Of a DNA stretch of 63,403 bases, positions 30,447-41,243 are shown one piece after another. The notes beneath the pieces were generated by a model, which saw nothing but the letters and a program-made list of their open reading frames with translations, had not been told where the DNA came from and did not search any database. The translations under genes were made by a program, and so were the position numbers. Origin of the DNA: Desulfatiglandales bacterium (GTDB lineage: Bacteria > Desulfobacterota > DSM-4660 > Desulfatiglandales > B25-G16); contig DATKWM010000066.1 in NCBI GenBank assembly GCA_035529575.1, forward strand, positions 1 to 63,403, in the 5' to 3' direction. Position 1 is the stretch's first letter; each line of letters begins with the position of its first letter.

Positions 30447-31720
30447 TATCTCCTTTCATAGATTTGGACAACTGCGGTAGTTCCATGGGCCCCAATATTA
30501 TGATTCAGAGCGAGATTAATATCCATATTCTTGACTTGCCGAGCGCCTGCTTCTCCTCTCATCTGTTGAAATATCTCTACCACCTGTGCAGCACCGGTAG
30601 CACCCACAGGATGCCCCTTACACTTCAGTCCGCCAGAAACATTAATTGGTTTTACACCGTCTCTGGCAGTCTTACCCTCCCCGGCTGCGGTCGCTGCTTC
30701 TTTACCTTCCTTGAAAAAACCAAGGTCGGCAATCGCCATTATTTCGGCAATAGTAAAGCAATCGTGAACCTCAGCTATGTTTATATCCTGAGGGCCAACA
30801 CCAGCCATTTCATACGCCTGCTGTGCTGCGAGCTTTGCTGCGGGCACAGATGTGAGGGTTTCCCTGTCATAGAGGTTATGGCCACTGGCCTGTCCTGAGC
30901 CGATGATATAAAGAGGTATATTAGTGAAGTTTTTAGCGATCTCCTCAGCCACCAAAAGGATACAGGCTGCTCCGTCTGTCACAGGGCAACAATCAAACAA
31001 TGTATTTGGCCATGCAATGACTGGATTATATCGTGGATCATGAAGGAATTCCATTTCATCAGCCCAGTTTGGAACGGGTCTCCCCTTTTTTTCAGCCTGA
31101 GCCTTGCGCATATCCATAACATCCTTAATAGTCTTAGGAAAATGCGCCTTGGGATTCAGGGCTCCATTACTATGATTCTTTATCGCTACCCGCAACATGT
31201 CATCATGAGTGGTTCCATATCTTTCCATGTGTGCAGTTGCCATAGAGGCATAAAGCCCCGGAAAGGTAAATCCGGCTGCACTTTCATAGGTTGTATCAGA
31301 ACCACAGGCAAGAGCCATTGTGGTCCAGTTAGTTGGCAAAATGCTCATCTTTTCTGTGCCGCCAACTAAAACCATATCATATATGCCCGAGGCTATCCCT
31401 ATAATCCCTTCTCTCACAGCAACTGAACTGCTCGCACATGCATCCTCAACCTTAAGTGCTGGACGAGGGGTAAGACCAGTTATATCAGCACATAACACTC
31501 CTATCACTGATTGTGACTCCCACATCTCAGCGCCACAATTTCCTACATATAAGGCCTCGATCTCCTGAGGATCAAACCCTCTATCCACAGAGCTCACCAT
31601 ATCAAGGAAGGCCTCTGCAAATAATTCGCGGTTCGTCACATCGGGCCTGATGCCAAAGGCCGACATCCCAGCTCCTACCATAGCAACCCCTCTACCCAGT
31701 TTCTTTTTTCTTTGAGTCAT
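30446..31720 (-). CDS. Thiolase-like protein (SCP-x / BbsB-type)
   Basis: 424 aa with an active-site Cys segment VEDACASS and the C-terminal NVSGGLKCKGHPVGATG. Confidence 0.85.
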   Translation of the reverse strand: MTQRKKKLGRGVAMVGAGMSAFGIRPDVTNRELFAEAFLDMVSSVDRGFDPQEIEALYVGNCGAEMWESQSVIGVLCADITGLTPRPALKVEDACASSSVAVREGIIGIASGIYDMVLVGGTEKMSILPTNWTTMALACGSDTTYESAAGFTFPGLYASMATAHMERYGTTHDDMLRVAIKNHSNGALNPKAHFPKTIKDVMDMRKAQAEKKGRPVPNWADEMEFLHDPRYNPVIAWPNTLFDCCPVTDGAACILLVAEEIAKNFTNIPLYIIGSGQASGHNLYDRETLTSVPAAKLAAQQAYEMAGVGPQDINIAEVHDCFTIAEIMAIADLGFFKEGKEAATAAGEGKTARDGVKPINVSGGLKCKGHPVGATGAAQVVEIFQQMRGEAGARQVKNMDINLALNHNIGAHGTTAVVQIYERR

Positions 31721-31917
31721 TATTCTTCATCCAAAAATAAATTAGCGGTTATTTGAAGAGTAATTTTATACATTAGCTTCATTACATTGTTAAACACGAA
31801 GTGTTTCATACATAGCATTTCCACACTAGACAATCAATGCTTCATTCATGGGTAACGTATTAGTAACAATCGCGTAATGTGTAACAATTTAGTTTTTAAA
31901 AGACAAACTAAAAAAAA

Positions 31918-32105
31918 GGGATGATATCTTTTTTTGATGTTACTGGTGGCCCGCGACGAGCTCGGCCGAGTCGAAGGAAGCTATTTTTTCGTGATTCATC
32001 TGTGGGGGAAACTGTAATCCTGCCATCGGCGGGAACCGCGGAACCCCGTCCTCAGTCGCGATATAGATATATCTATAAAAAGACCATTCCATGAGACATG
32101 GAACA
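31918..32105. repeat. Degenerate paralogue of the 27349-27577 element
   Basis: Shares ACTGGTGGCC(A/C)GCGACGAGC, GGCCGAGTCG(A/G)AGG, TTTTC..GA.T.ATC.GT.GGGG and AAAAGACCA blocks in the same order. The right terminal repeat is not recognisable. Confidence 0.5.
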
Positions 32106-32305
32106 AAAAAGCATCCTTTTCTCTTTAAACAGAATTTTTTACTCAATGAGGCATTCTATATCCAGGTTATATTTCACAAGTCTTCTGTCCATTATTACAT
32201 ACCCTAAAAAAAGCATGTTGATTTCCTGGAACTTCTTGGCTACATTACATTGAGAACATTTGGTTCCCATTCTGAGCAAAAAACCTTTTTTTCTAAAATC
32301 CAAAT

Positions 32306-34984
32306 ATGAAAAGTCCCAATAAAACAATCTACATTGTAGATGGAAGTTCATATATTCACAGGGCCTTTCATGCAATTAGAAATCTCTCTAATTCTAAAGG
32401 TCTCCCTACCAATGCCATATTTGGCTTCACAAAGATGCTTATAAAACTCCTTGATGATAAATCGCCTGATTATGTGGCTGTTGCCTTTGATGTGAAAGGG
32501 CCAACCTTTAGACATAAAATATTTAAAGATTATAAGGCTACCAGACCACCTATGCCGAAGGATATGGCTGTACAAATCCCCTACATTAAAGATGTGGTCG
32601 CTAACCTAAGTGTTACAATTTTTGAAAAGGAAGGATATGAGGCAGATGATATCATTGGAACCGTAGCCATACTAGCCAGCAATCAGGGTTTCAATGTAGT
32701 CATTGTGAGTAGCGACAAGGATTTTAGGCAAACTCTGTCAGAAAATACAGTTATGTGGGACTCAATGAGTGAAAAACTAACGGATTATACAGCGATAAAG
32801 CGGGATTATGGGATTGAACCTGAACAGATAATTGAAGTAATGGCCCTATCAGGAGATTCAGCAGATAATATCCCCGGCATTCCCGGTGTTGGTGAAAAAA
32901 CCGCCCTCAGCCTTATTCAACAATTTCACTCAATAGAAAACCTTTTTCAAAATCTCAATAAAGTCACTAAGGTCTCGCTTAAGAAAAAACTTGAGGAATT
33001 CAAGGAGCAAGCCTTCTTAAGTAAAAAACTGGTCACCATTAAAAATTCTGTACCAGTCGACGTAACCTTTGATGATCTCAGGCTCGGCTCCCCCAAAAAA
33101 GAGAAGCTTTTAGAGATATTCCGGGAATTGGAATTTAAATCACTTATAAATAAATTCTCCGAGCATGCAGAACTCAGTAAAAAGGATTATAGACTTATCC
33201 TCACCAAAGAAGAACTGGTATCTCTTATTGAAAATATAAGAAAGAAAGGAATATTCTGCTTTGATACAGAGACTACCAGTACAAACCATCTTGAGGCAGA
33301 ACTGATAGGCATATCGTTCTGTATTGAACCAGGAATTGCCTACTATTTACCTTTAGGCCATGCGTATAGAGGTGTGGGTCAACAATTACGTGTAAACGAG
33401 GCCCTTGATCTCCTAAAAGACACCTTCTGCGATGAGAGAATAAAAAAGATAGGACAAAATATAAAATATGACGCTGAGGTCCTGGCTAGATACGATGTCA
33501 CTGTGAGGGGATTATTTTTTGATACCATGATAGCCTCATATGTTATTGACCCAACACTACGTCAGCATAATCTGGACTATCTGGCTCAACATTATTTGAG
33601 CTACAAAATGGTAAGCTACGATGAGGTAACCGGCCATGATAAGCACAAAAGTTTTGCCTATGTGGATATTATCAAGGCCAAGGAGTATTCCTGTGAGGAT
33701 GCAGAGATCACTGTACGATTAAAATCCATTTTGGAAGAAAAACTTAAATCTGATGATAACTATACACTTTTTCAAGATCTGGAGATGAATCTGGTACCGG
33801 TGTTAATGGATATGGAAACGGCTGGAATAAAGATAGATGTGTCTTTTTTTAAAGAAATGTCAGAAAGATTTGCCGATGAGCTTGTATCCATTGAACAGAG
33901 GGTCTTTCATCTCACTGGAGAAGAGTTCAATATCAACTCACCTCAACAGATAGGCTATATTCTCTTTGAAAAGTTGAACCTACCAGGCAAAAAGAAGACA
34001 AAAAAAAAGACTGGATACTCTACAGATGTTGAGGTGCTTACAGAGCTCGCACGCCAACATGAAATACCTTCTCTTCTTTTGCGCTTTCGGACTATTAGTA
34101 AGCTCAAATCTACCTATCTGGATGCATTGGTGAGCCTGGTAAATCCCAGCACAAAAAGGGTGCACACCTCATACAACCAGACAGTGACTGCAACCGGAAG
34201 GTTAAGTAGCAGCAATCCGAATCTTCAAAACATACCCATCAGAACTGAAGAAGGAAGACAGATCAGAAAGGGATTTATTGCAGAAGATGGTCATCTTCTG
34301 CTATCTGCTGATTACTCACAGATTGAGTTACGGGTATTTGCCCATTATTCTGATGACCCAGTTCTTCTTCACGCCTTTGACAAGGGAGAAGATATACATT
34401 CCAGAACAGCTGCAGAGGTATTTGGCCTGGACCCAAGAATGATCACAGAAGACATGCGCCGAATGGCAAAAACCATTAATTTTGGAATCATCTATGGTAT
34501 GGGTCCTATCAAATTAGCCAAGGAACTCGGCATAAGCAAGAAGGTGGCGCAGGCCTATCTTGATAATTATTATGAGCGGTATAAAGGGGTGAAAAATTTT
34601 AAAGAAAAGATACTATCGCAGGCTCGGGTAAATCAATACGTGAGTACACTTTTCAAAAGAAGACGATATCTCACTCATATAAACAGTGATAACGGACATC
34701 TTAAAAGTGAGGCAGAAAGAGCAGCAATTAACACACCTATTCAGGGAACCGCTGCCGACCTTATCAAGATGGCTATGATAAAAATTTCGGAACGATTTCA
34801 TAAAGAACATTTACAAACAAAAATGCTTCTACAGGTTCATGATGAGTTGGTTTTTGAGGTGCCTCAAAATGAGCTTGATATTGCAACTAATTTAGTAAAA
34901 GATGAAATGGAGGGTGTTTATCCCTTGAAAATCCCCCTTCGAGTAGATATAAACTGGGGTAAGAATTGGAACGAGGCTCACTGA
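32306..34984 (+). CDS. polA: DNA polymerase I
   Basis: 892 aa with a 5'-3' exonuclease N-terminus, a 3'-5' exonuclease DTET motif (FDTETT) and pol A motifs (DYSQIELR, KTINFGIIYG, QVHDELVFE). Confidence 0.97.
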   Translation: MKSPNKTIYIVDGSSYIHRAFHAIRNLSNSKGLPTNAIFGFTKMLIKLLDDKSPDYVAVAFDVKGPTFRHKIFKDYKATRPPMPKDMAVQIPYIKDVVANLSVTIFEKEGYEADDIIGTVAILASNQGFNVVIVSSDKDFRQTLSENTVMWDSMSEKLTDYTAIKRDYGIEPEQIIEVMALSGDSADNIPGIPGVGEKTALSLIQQFHSIENLFQNLNKVTKVSLKKKLEEFKEQAFLSKKLVTIKNSVPVDVTFDDLRLGSPKKEKLLEIFRELEFKSLINKFSEHAELSKKDYRLILTKEELVSLIENIRKKGIFCFDTETTSTNHLEAELIGISFCIEPGIAYYLPLGHAYRGVGQQLRVNEALDLLKDTFCDERIKKIGQNIKYDAEVLARYDVTVRGLFFDTMIASYVIDPTLRQHNLDYLAQHYLSYKMVSYDEVTGHDKHKSFAYVDIIKAKEYSCEDAEITVRLKSILEEKLKSDDNYTLFQDLEMNLVPVLMDMETAGIKIDVSFFKEMSERFADELVSIEQRVFHLTGEEFNINSPQQIGYILFEKLNLPGKKKTKKKTGYSTDVEVLTELARQHEIPSLLLRFRTISKLKSTYLDALVSLVNPSTKRVHTSYNQTVTATGRLSSSNPNLQNIPIRTEEGRQIRKGFIAEDGHLLLSADYSQIELRVFAHYSDDPVLLHAFDKGEDIHSRTAAEVFGLDPRMITEDMRRMAKTINFGIIYGMGPIKLAKELGISKKVAQAYLDNYYERYKGVKNFKEKILSQARVNQYVSTLFKRRRYLTHINSDNGHLKSEAERAAINTPIQGTAADLIKMAMIKISERFHKEHLQTKMLLQVHDELVFEVPQNELDIATNLVKDEMEGVYPLKIPLRVDINWGKNWNEAH

Positions 34985-35062
34985 GTGTGGAACTGGATAC
35001 TGGTTGCTTGATGCTGGATATAAGAATGTTAATTACGATATGTTGAAATCTACGAACTGTAG

Positions 35063-35100
35063 GTCTGCCCGTCCCGCATTGCGGGACGAGGCGGGCGGGC
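35063..35100. repeat. GC-rich palindromic repeat, possibly the polA terminator
   Basis: GTCCCGC-ATT-GCGGGAC hairpin (35071-35087) nested within CTGCCCG...CGGGCGGGC. Same family as the CCCGCC/GGCGGG hairpins at 24895 and 25018. Confidence 0.5.
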
Positions 35101-35133
35101 ACTTTAGCTCACTTTTAAATTTAGGCACTTAAA

Positions 35134-38100
35134 ATGGAAGACTATTACATTGGTATTGATGCTGGCTCTGTAAGTGTAAATGCTGTTGTTATCAGCAACA
35201 AGGGGGATATAATATACGAGTATCCTTATAAAAGACATTTTGGCGGAGTGGAGACAAGCGTATTTGAGGTCGTCAGCGAACTCTACGACCGCCTCGACAT
35301 TGAGAACATAAAGGCAATTGCCTTTACAGGAAATCATGGGAGAATCATAAGCGAGAAGCTTGGCGGATTTTATGAGTTTGAATCCATTGCCCAAATCCTT
35401 GGCTCCGTAAATTTGCAGCCTGATGTACGATCCATCATAAGCATGGGGGGGCAGGATACAGCCCTGTATATCCTCAACCATCATGGGAGTACATGGCAGC
35501 TCAATGACTTCAATGCGAATACCCCCTGCGCCTCTGGCACAGGGTCCTTTATCGATCAACAGGCAGAAAGACTGGCATCATCTATCTATGGAAAAGATAT
35601 CGATACCTCGGAGGAGCACCTCATCAAGATAATGGAGGATTTCATCTCCCTCGGTCTCAAGAGCAAAAATCCCGTAAGGGTGGCCTGTCGATGTACCGTA
35701 TTTACCAAGTCCGATATGATACACCTCCAAAACAAGGGTGAAAGACTTGAAGATATCATCGCCGGCTTACACATTGGAAATGCCTCTAATTACCTCAGTA
35801 CTATTGTCTCAAACCGGGTGCTGTCAGAGCCTATATTGTTTATCGGCGGACTCACCTTGAACGAACTGCAAGTGAGGGCATTTAGGCAGCACTTTGCCAA
35901 CCTGACTGTCCCTAAACACGCTACCTCTGTTGGTGCCTTAGGAGTGGCCCTCCAGGCAAAAGAACAGGATATCGCTCACAAGCCCACATTAGAGAAACTC
36001 AAATCCATTACTAAAAAGGATACATTCTCATTCTTGTCTGCTCCAAAACTGGAGCTTATTAAAACGGATTTCCCCGAGGATAATAAGGTAAAACGAGTGG
36101 GCAAGAAAAATAAAAAGATTATAGTATTCTTAGGGGTTGATATAGGCTCCACTACCACGAAATATGCTCTCATCAATGAGAAAAGAGAAATTATTGACAA
36201 GGAATACCGCCAAACAATGGGAAAGCCAATAGAGGTAACACAAGCGCTTTTGAGGATACTGAAAGACAGACTTGGAGACACGATTGATATAAAGGGAGTG
36301 GCCACTACTGGCTCAGGCAGAATGGTGGTTGGTGATTTCCTCAATGCGGACTTGATTATTGATGAAATTACCGCTCATGCACGTGGTGCAGTTGAAATCG
36401 ATCCCTTGATAGACACCGTTTTCGAGATAGGTGGGCAGGACAGCAAGTATGTTTCTATTTCCAATACCTACCCCCTTGACTTCGACATGAACAAGGTATG
36501 TGCAGCTGGAACAGGGAGTTTTCTCCATGAGCTTGCAAGCAAAAATGGCATCAACATCGTGAAAGAATTTCAGCAGATAGCCCTTTCCTCGGAAAAACCG
36601 ATCAAGCTGACCGAACGGTGTACCGTGTTTATGGAATCTGATCTTGTATCGTATGCGCAAAAAGGTGGGCAAAAAAATGACCTTGTCGCTGGCCTTTGCT
36701 ATGCAATTGTCTACAACTACTTACACAGGGTGGTTGAAAATAAGAAGATAGGCGAGAGGATCATGTTTTTAGGGGGCCCATCCCTTAATAAGGCAATAGT
36801 GGCAGCCTTTGAGGCAGTGCTTGGCAAGGGTATCTTGATACCTAAGCACCGTGAAGTGCTCGGAGGATTCGGCGCTGGCATCAGTGTGCAGGAAAAGATA
36901 GCAAAGGAAAAAAAGAAAGAATCCTCATTCAGAGGTATAGATGAGGCAATTAATGACACGCTCGAGTTTAAGGAAGCTATATGTCATGCAGACCCCAACT
37001 GCCACAATGAGTGTAAGTTAAAGATCTACAATTTCAGCGGAAGAAAAAGTGTGTGGGGAGGAGAATGCGGCAGGTATGAGATACGAGGCCACTATGGCGA
37101 GAAGAAAGAGGATTACTTTAAACTGAGGGATATAATCTGGGAAAGCCACCTTATGGGACTCTACCATGATCTGGGAGATTTAAAAAGGGATGGTGAGGAC
37201 AACAGGGCCATCTTTGAGATTGATGGAAGGCAGACTGTGGGGATGCAGAGGGCCTTATACAGTCATCAGATCGCCATTTTCTGGGCAGGTTTCTTCGACG
37301 CACTCGGATATAGGGTGGTATTGACACCAAAAACCAACGACCGTATTACAAAATTAGGGATTGAGTCGATGACAACCGAGACATGCTTTCCAGTCAAGGT
37401 CTCACATGGCCACATCATAGATCTTCTCGGCAAGACCCAATACCTTTTCCTGCCCTCTATCATTGATCTTCCCTCTCAGATTAAAAATACGAACAATTTC
37501 TATTGTCCTATGGTTCAGGGAAATCAGTACATGCTCAAAGCTGCATTAGGGCTAAAGGATAGCGAGATCTTAAACCCTACTGTCCATCTCAAATATAGCC
37601 CGGATCTGTTGAGTACAGAGCTGCACGCACAAATCGGAAGGACATTGGGAAAAAACCTGCGCCAAATCAGGGAAGCAATCGATATTGGTTTTAGCAGACA
37701 ACAGGGCTTCGAAAATGAGCTCCACGAGCACGGTACCAGAATTACATCTTCCTTAGGAGAAAAAGAGCCCTTAGTGATCGTCACTGGCAGGCACTATAAC
37801 CTCTTTGATGAAAAGCTGAACCTTAGGCTCGGGCAAAACCTGGCAAAAATAGGCTTAAGCGCTGTTCCAATGGACTTTATTGCCACCAAAGATATTGATC
37901 TCTCTGACTTCCCGAATATGTACTGGGGCTATGGTGTACAGATACTAAAGATTGCCAAATTAATAAAGCTCACACCGAAATTCTTTGGCCTTCATCTTAC
38001 CAACTTTAGTTGCGGCCCGGACTCCTTTAATGAGCACTTCTACAAATACATTATGGGAGACAAACCCTACCTCATTCTGGAATTAGATGAACACAGCGCA

Positions 38101-38211
38101 GTGGCAGGTGCAATGACACGGCTCGAGGCATTTAAAAACGTAATACAATCTGTGCAAAAAATGGAATCTATAGAATCTCAAGCCACCAAAGTTATTGCTA
38201 TAGGAACCTAA
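35134..38211 (+). CDS. Fused double BcrAD/BadFG-type ATPase (CoA-enzyme activase) with a C-terminal dehydratase-related domain
   Basis: 1025 aa. Two acetate/sugar-kinase-fold modules, each starting with a G(I/V)D(A/I)GS phosphate-1 motif (YIGIDAGSVS, FLGVDIGSTTTKY) and each carrying GGQD and CAAGTGSF/CASGTGSF segments. Confidence 0.8.
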   Translation: MEDYYIGIDAGSVSVNAVVISNKGDIIYEYPYKRHFGGVETSVFEVVSELYDRLDIENIKAIAFTGNHGRIISEKLGGFYEFESIAQILGSVNLQPDVRSIISMGGQDTALYILNHHGSTWQLNDFNANTPCASGTGSFIDQQAERLASSIYGKDIDTSEEHLIKIMEDFISLGLKSKNPVRVACRCTVFTKSDMIHLQNKGERLEDIIAGLHIGNASNYLSTIVSNRVLSEPILFIGGLTLNELQVRAFRQHFANLTVPKHATSVGALGVALQAKEQDIAHKPTLEKLKSITKKDTFSFLSAPKLELIKTDFPEDNKVKRVGKKNKKIIVFLGVDIGSTTTKYALINEKREIIDKEYRQTMGKPIEVTQALLRILKDRLGDTIDIKGVATTGSGRMVVGDFLNADLIIDEITAHARGAVEIDPLIDTVFEIGGQDSKYVSISNTYPLDFDMNKVCAAGTGSFLHELASKNGINIVKEFQQIALSSEKPIKLTERCTVFMESDLVSYAQKGGQKNDLVAGLCYAIVYNYLHRVVENKKIGERIMFLGGPSLNKAIVAAFEAVLGKGILIPKHREVLGGFGAGISVQEKIAKEKKKESSFRGIDEAINDTLEFKEAICHADPNCHNECKLKIYNFSGRKSVWGGECGRYEIRGHYGEKKEDYFKLRDIIWESHLMGLYHDLGDLKRDGEDNRAIFEIDGRQTVGMQRALYSHQIAIFWAGFFDALGYRVVLTPKTNDRITKLGIESMTTETCFPVKVSHGHIIDLLGKTQYLFLPSIIDLPSQIKNTNNFYCPMVQGNQYMLKAALGLKDSEILNPTVHLKYSPDLLSTELHAQIGRTLGKNLRQIREAIDIGFSRQQGFENELHEHGTRITSSLGEKEPLVIVTGRHYNLFDEKLNLRLGQNLAKIGLSAVPMDFIATKDIDLSDFPNMYWGYGVQILKIAKLIKLTPKFFGLHLTNFSCGPDSFNEHFYKYIMGDKPYLILELDEHSAVAGAMTRLEAFKNVIQSVQKMESIESQATKVIAIGT

Positions 38212-38214
38212 AAA

Positions 38215-39567
38215 ATGGAAAAGGTTACTCAATTAGACACCTTCAGAGTCATATCAGAGCGGGTGGGAAGATTTAATGTCCAGGGAAAAAGATTCTTGAT
38301 TCCGGAGATGAATCCCTCCAGCAGTCATCTTTTGGCGAGCATCTTCCGCAGCTTTGGAGTCAATGCATCCGTCATGGATACCTATGAGGGCCTCGATCTG
38401 GGAAAGAAATTCACATCGGGCAAGGAATGCTTTCCCTGTATAGTAACCCTGGGTGATATTCTTTATTTTATGGAAAAAGAAAGGGAGAGGCTTGGAGATA
38501 AATTTCACCCCGAGAATTATATGTATTTTATGCCCGAGGCGAGCGGTCCATGCAGGTTTGGTATGTATAACAAGTTACACAGGATAATCCTTGATTCCAT
38601 TCCTGGTTTAGACAAGGTAAATATTGCCATACTTAGCTCAGATGATGCATACGATCTCAAGGGATTGATACCGAAGGAAAAAATACAAGCCTTTAGGAAG
38701 GCAGGATATCTCTCCATTGTGGTGGGGGATATCCTTGACAGGTTGCTGTGGAGGGTACGGCCATATGAGAAAGCAGAAGGAATGGCAGATACCTTTATTC
38801 TCGATGCGAGAAACAGGATGAGTGAATTATTTTCCATACACTCATCTAATGGAAATTTTTCTGCAATTCTCAGCGATCTAGAGAAGATCGTCAAAGAGGC
38901 AAGGAATATCATTGACCTCACTATGCCAAGAAAGCCACTCATTGGTGTGGTGGGCGAAATCTATGTAAGGACGCATGTAAAATCCAACCAGGATGCCATT
39001 AGAACGTTAGAGAAATATGGGGCTGAGGTCGTAAACGCCTCCGTAGGGGAGTGGATAAACTACACTACCTATGATCAGGTAAGATTAGCCAAAATTGCCC
39101 TCAGATTAAACCTTAAAAAATTCCAGCTTAAAGAGGTAAAGAAATATCTCCTACAGTATCTAAAGTATAACCTCACCCTCTTCTACCAGTACATGCAACA
39201 GAGGAAGATGTACCAGATAGTATGGAAATATATTGATATTGAGGAAGATCATAAGATAGGCCACTTAGAAAAGGTATTAAAAAAGACCAATACCTTCTCC
39301 TTTGCAATAGGCACTGAGGCATGCCTTAGCATCTCCTCAGCCTTAGGACTTGCCAGAAGAGGATATAACGGAGTTATAAACATATTTCCCTTTACCTGCA
39401 TGCCGAGTAATCTGACTGCCTCCATTACCAAGCCCTTAATGGGCAAGCTTAATGTCCCCTATATTGATGTTTCCTATGATGGCTCATTTCAACCAGGAAG
39501 GGAGGCGGCCTTACGAACATTTATGTATCAAGCAACTCAACACTTTAAAGCACACGGTAGACCTTAA
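38215..39567 (+). CDS. Activase-associated protein (DUF2229-like, HgdB-related fold)
   Basis: 450 aa, starts 4 nt after the previous stop. The family call relies on the usual pairing with double-ATPase activases and is weaker than the ORF call. Confidence 0.6.
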   Translation: MEKVTQLDTFRVISERVGRFNVQGKRFLIPEMNPSSSHLLASIFRSFGVNASVMDTYEGLDLGKKFTSGKECFPCIVTLGDILYFMEKERERLGDKFHPENYMYFMPEASGPCRFGMYNKLHRIILDSIPGLDKVNIAILSSDDAYDLKGLIPKEKIQAFRKAGYLSIVVGDILDRLLWRVRPYEKAEGMADTFILDARNRMSELFSIHSSNGNFSAILSDLEKIVKEARNIIDLTMPRKPLIGVVGEIYVRTHVKSNQDAIRTLEKYGAEVVNASVGEWINYTTYDQVRLAKIALRLNLKKFQLKEVKKYLLQYLKYNLTLFYQYMQQRKMYQIVWKYIDIEEDHKIGHLEKVLKKTNTFSFAIGTEACLSISSALGLARRGYNGVINIFPFTCMPSNLTASITKPLMGKLNVPYIDVSYDGSFQPGREAALRTFMYQATQHFKAHGRP

Positions 39568-41064
39568 ATGTATAAAATGCTTATAAATGCTGTAGATCCA
39601 GAAGAGTACCGGATTGCCATACTCAAGGATGGTGAACTGGATGCGTTCTACATTGCCACCTCTACAAGAGAAGAAATCAAAGGAAATATCTATAAAGGTA
39701 CGGTTGCCAGGATTGAACCATCGCTTCAGGCCGCCTTTATAAATTATGGAGCCGACAAAAATGGTTTCTTGCCAATAGGAGAGATCCATCCTGAGTATTA
39801 TGAATCGCAGGGCTTCGTTTCTAACGGCAAATCTGCTCCTCAGATAGAAAAAGCACTCAAGAAAGGAAATGAGATTCTGGTCCAGGTCACGAAAGAGAGA
39901 GAAGGAAAAAAAGGAGCATATCTCACCACCTATATATCTTTGGCAGGCCGCTATCTTGTCTTAACCCCAGGGAGACCGAACAGTGGTATCTCTCAAAAAA
40001 TAGAGGATGAAGAGGAACGCCAAAGGCTAAAATCCTTGATGAATCAACTCAAGCTGCCGGAAGAAATAGGATATATCGTAAGAACCGCTGCCTCGGGTCA
40101 GAAAAAACGCACAATAGATAGAGATTTGAGAAATCTCTTGAGAATGTGGCAGGATATCAAAAAAAGGGCTGAAGCAGAACCAACTCAATCCATTCTCTTT
40201 AAAGAAGAAGATCTTGGTGTAAGAACCCTAAGGGATTACTTTAGTGCCGAGGTAGATGAAGTCATTGTTGACGACAAGGAAACCTGGTTAGAGATAAAGG
40301 ATTTCATGAAGGTTATATCTCCCAGACATCAAAATAGAGTCAGACTTTACAAGGAAAAGGCCCCTATATTCTCTGAATATGGAATTGAAAAACAGATCGA
40401 ACAGATTTATAGTAATAGGGTTCCTTTAACAAGTGGCGGCTCGATTGTGATCGACTCCACTGAGGCCCTGATTTCAATCGACGTGAATAGCGGCAGATCC
40501 ACAAGGTCCAGAGGGGTAGAGACCACAGCATATAAAACCAATCTGGAAGCAGCCAGGGAAATCGCCAGGCACTTGAGACTGAGGGATATAGGTGGTTTGG
40601 TAGTCATAGACTTTATTGATATGAAAGACCCCAAGCATGCACGGGACCTGATAAAACAGGTAAAAGAAGAAACCAAGAGGGACAGGGCAAAGATGAGTTT
40701 CTCCAACATCTCTAAATTTGGATTAATGGAACTCTCCAGACAAAGATTGAGGCCATCAATAGAATCAAAGAGTTACCAGATCTGTGAATTCTGTCAGGGT
40801 AGAGGAATCGTGAAATCTGTTGAGGCTGCAGCAGTGTCTTTCTTGCGCCAGATATGGCTTGGTGTATCAAAAGGGGATATTGAGACAGTAACGTGTATGC
40901 TACCAAGTAATGTAACCAACTATCTGTTGAATAAAAAACGGGTAGAGTTAGCTGAGCTTGAAAAACGCTATGGTGTTAACATTGAAATTCAAGCAAACCC
41001 TAACCTCTCCCCATGGGAAGGTGATATAAAGGTCACAGAGAAAAGTAAGTCAAAAGAGGCATAG
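39568..41064 (+). CDS. rng: Ribonuclease G/E family endoribonuclease
   Basis: 498 aa with an S1 domain (GNIYKGTVARIEPSLQAAFINYG), the catalytic segment IDSTEALISIDVNSG and a CxxCxG zinc link. Confidence 0.85.
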   Translation: MYKMLINAVDPEEYRIAILKDGELDAFYIATSTREEIKGNIYKGTVARIEPSLQAAFINYGADKNGFLPIGEIHPEYYESQGFVSNGKSAPQIEKALKKGNEILVQVTKEREGKKGAYLTTYISLAGRYLVLTPGRPNSGISQKIEDEEERQRLKSLMNQLKLPEEIGYIVRTAASGQKKRTIDRDLRNLLRMWQDIKKRAEAEPTQSILFKEEDLGVRTLRDYFSAEVDEVIVDDKETWLEIKDFMKVISPRHQNRVRLYKEKAPIFSEYGIEKQIEQIYSNRVPLTSGGSIVIDSTEALISIDVNSGRSTRSRGVETTAYKTNLEAAREIARHLRLRDIGGLVVIDFIDMKDPKHARDLIKQVKEETKRDRAKMSFSNISKFGLMELSRQRLRPSIESKSYQICEFCQGRGIVKSVEAAAVSFLRQIWLGVSKGDIETVTCMLPSNVTNYLLNKKRVELAELEKRYGVNIEIQANPNLSPWEGDIKVTEKSKSKEA

Positions 41065-41072
41065 GATGCAGT

Positions 41073-41108
41073 GTTTACTTTGTTTATTGGGTTTATTGAG
41101 TTTATTGA
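41073..41108 (+). repeat. Short tandem 9-mer repeat (GTTTATTGA-like, about 4 units)
   Basis: GTTTACTTT GTTTATTGG GTTTATTGA GTTTATTGA read directly, between the rng stop and the tRNA remnant. Confidence 0.6.
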
Positions 41109-41243
41109 GTTATGTAGCTATTGAGTTCGTAAGATTTTTATGCGAACAACTCAACAAACGTAAAAAATATCTAAGCAATGCTATAAGTGCAGCACGAAAA
41201 AACGTAGCATATATTTGAAGATCTTAGCTTTACGAGAAGTTTT

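Noticed and set aside
30425-30898. 157-aa plus-strand ORF
   Set aside because: It is antisense to the 3' part of the thiolase gene, which contains the conserved GGLKCKGHPVGATG segment.
31940-32375. Two small minus-strand ORFs (68 and 78 aa) upstream of polA
   Set aside because: The first is a translation of the degenerate MITE-like repeat and the second overlaps the polA start. Neither has a recognisable motif or RBS.
35104-35559. 151-aa minus-strand ORF
   Set aside because: It overlaps the 5' end of the 1025-aa activase gene, whose first ATPase motifs (GIDAGSVS, GGQD) are encoded on the opposite strand in exactly this interval.
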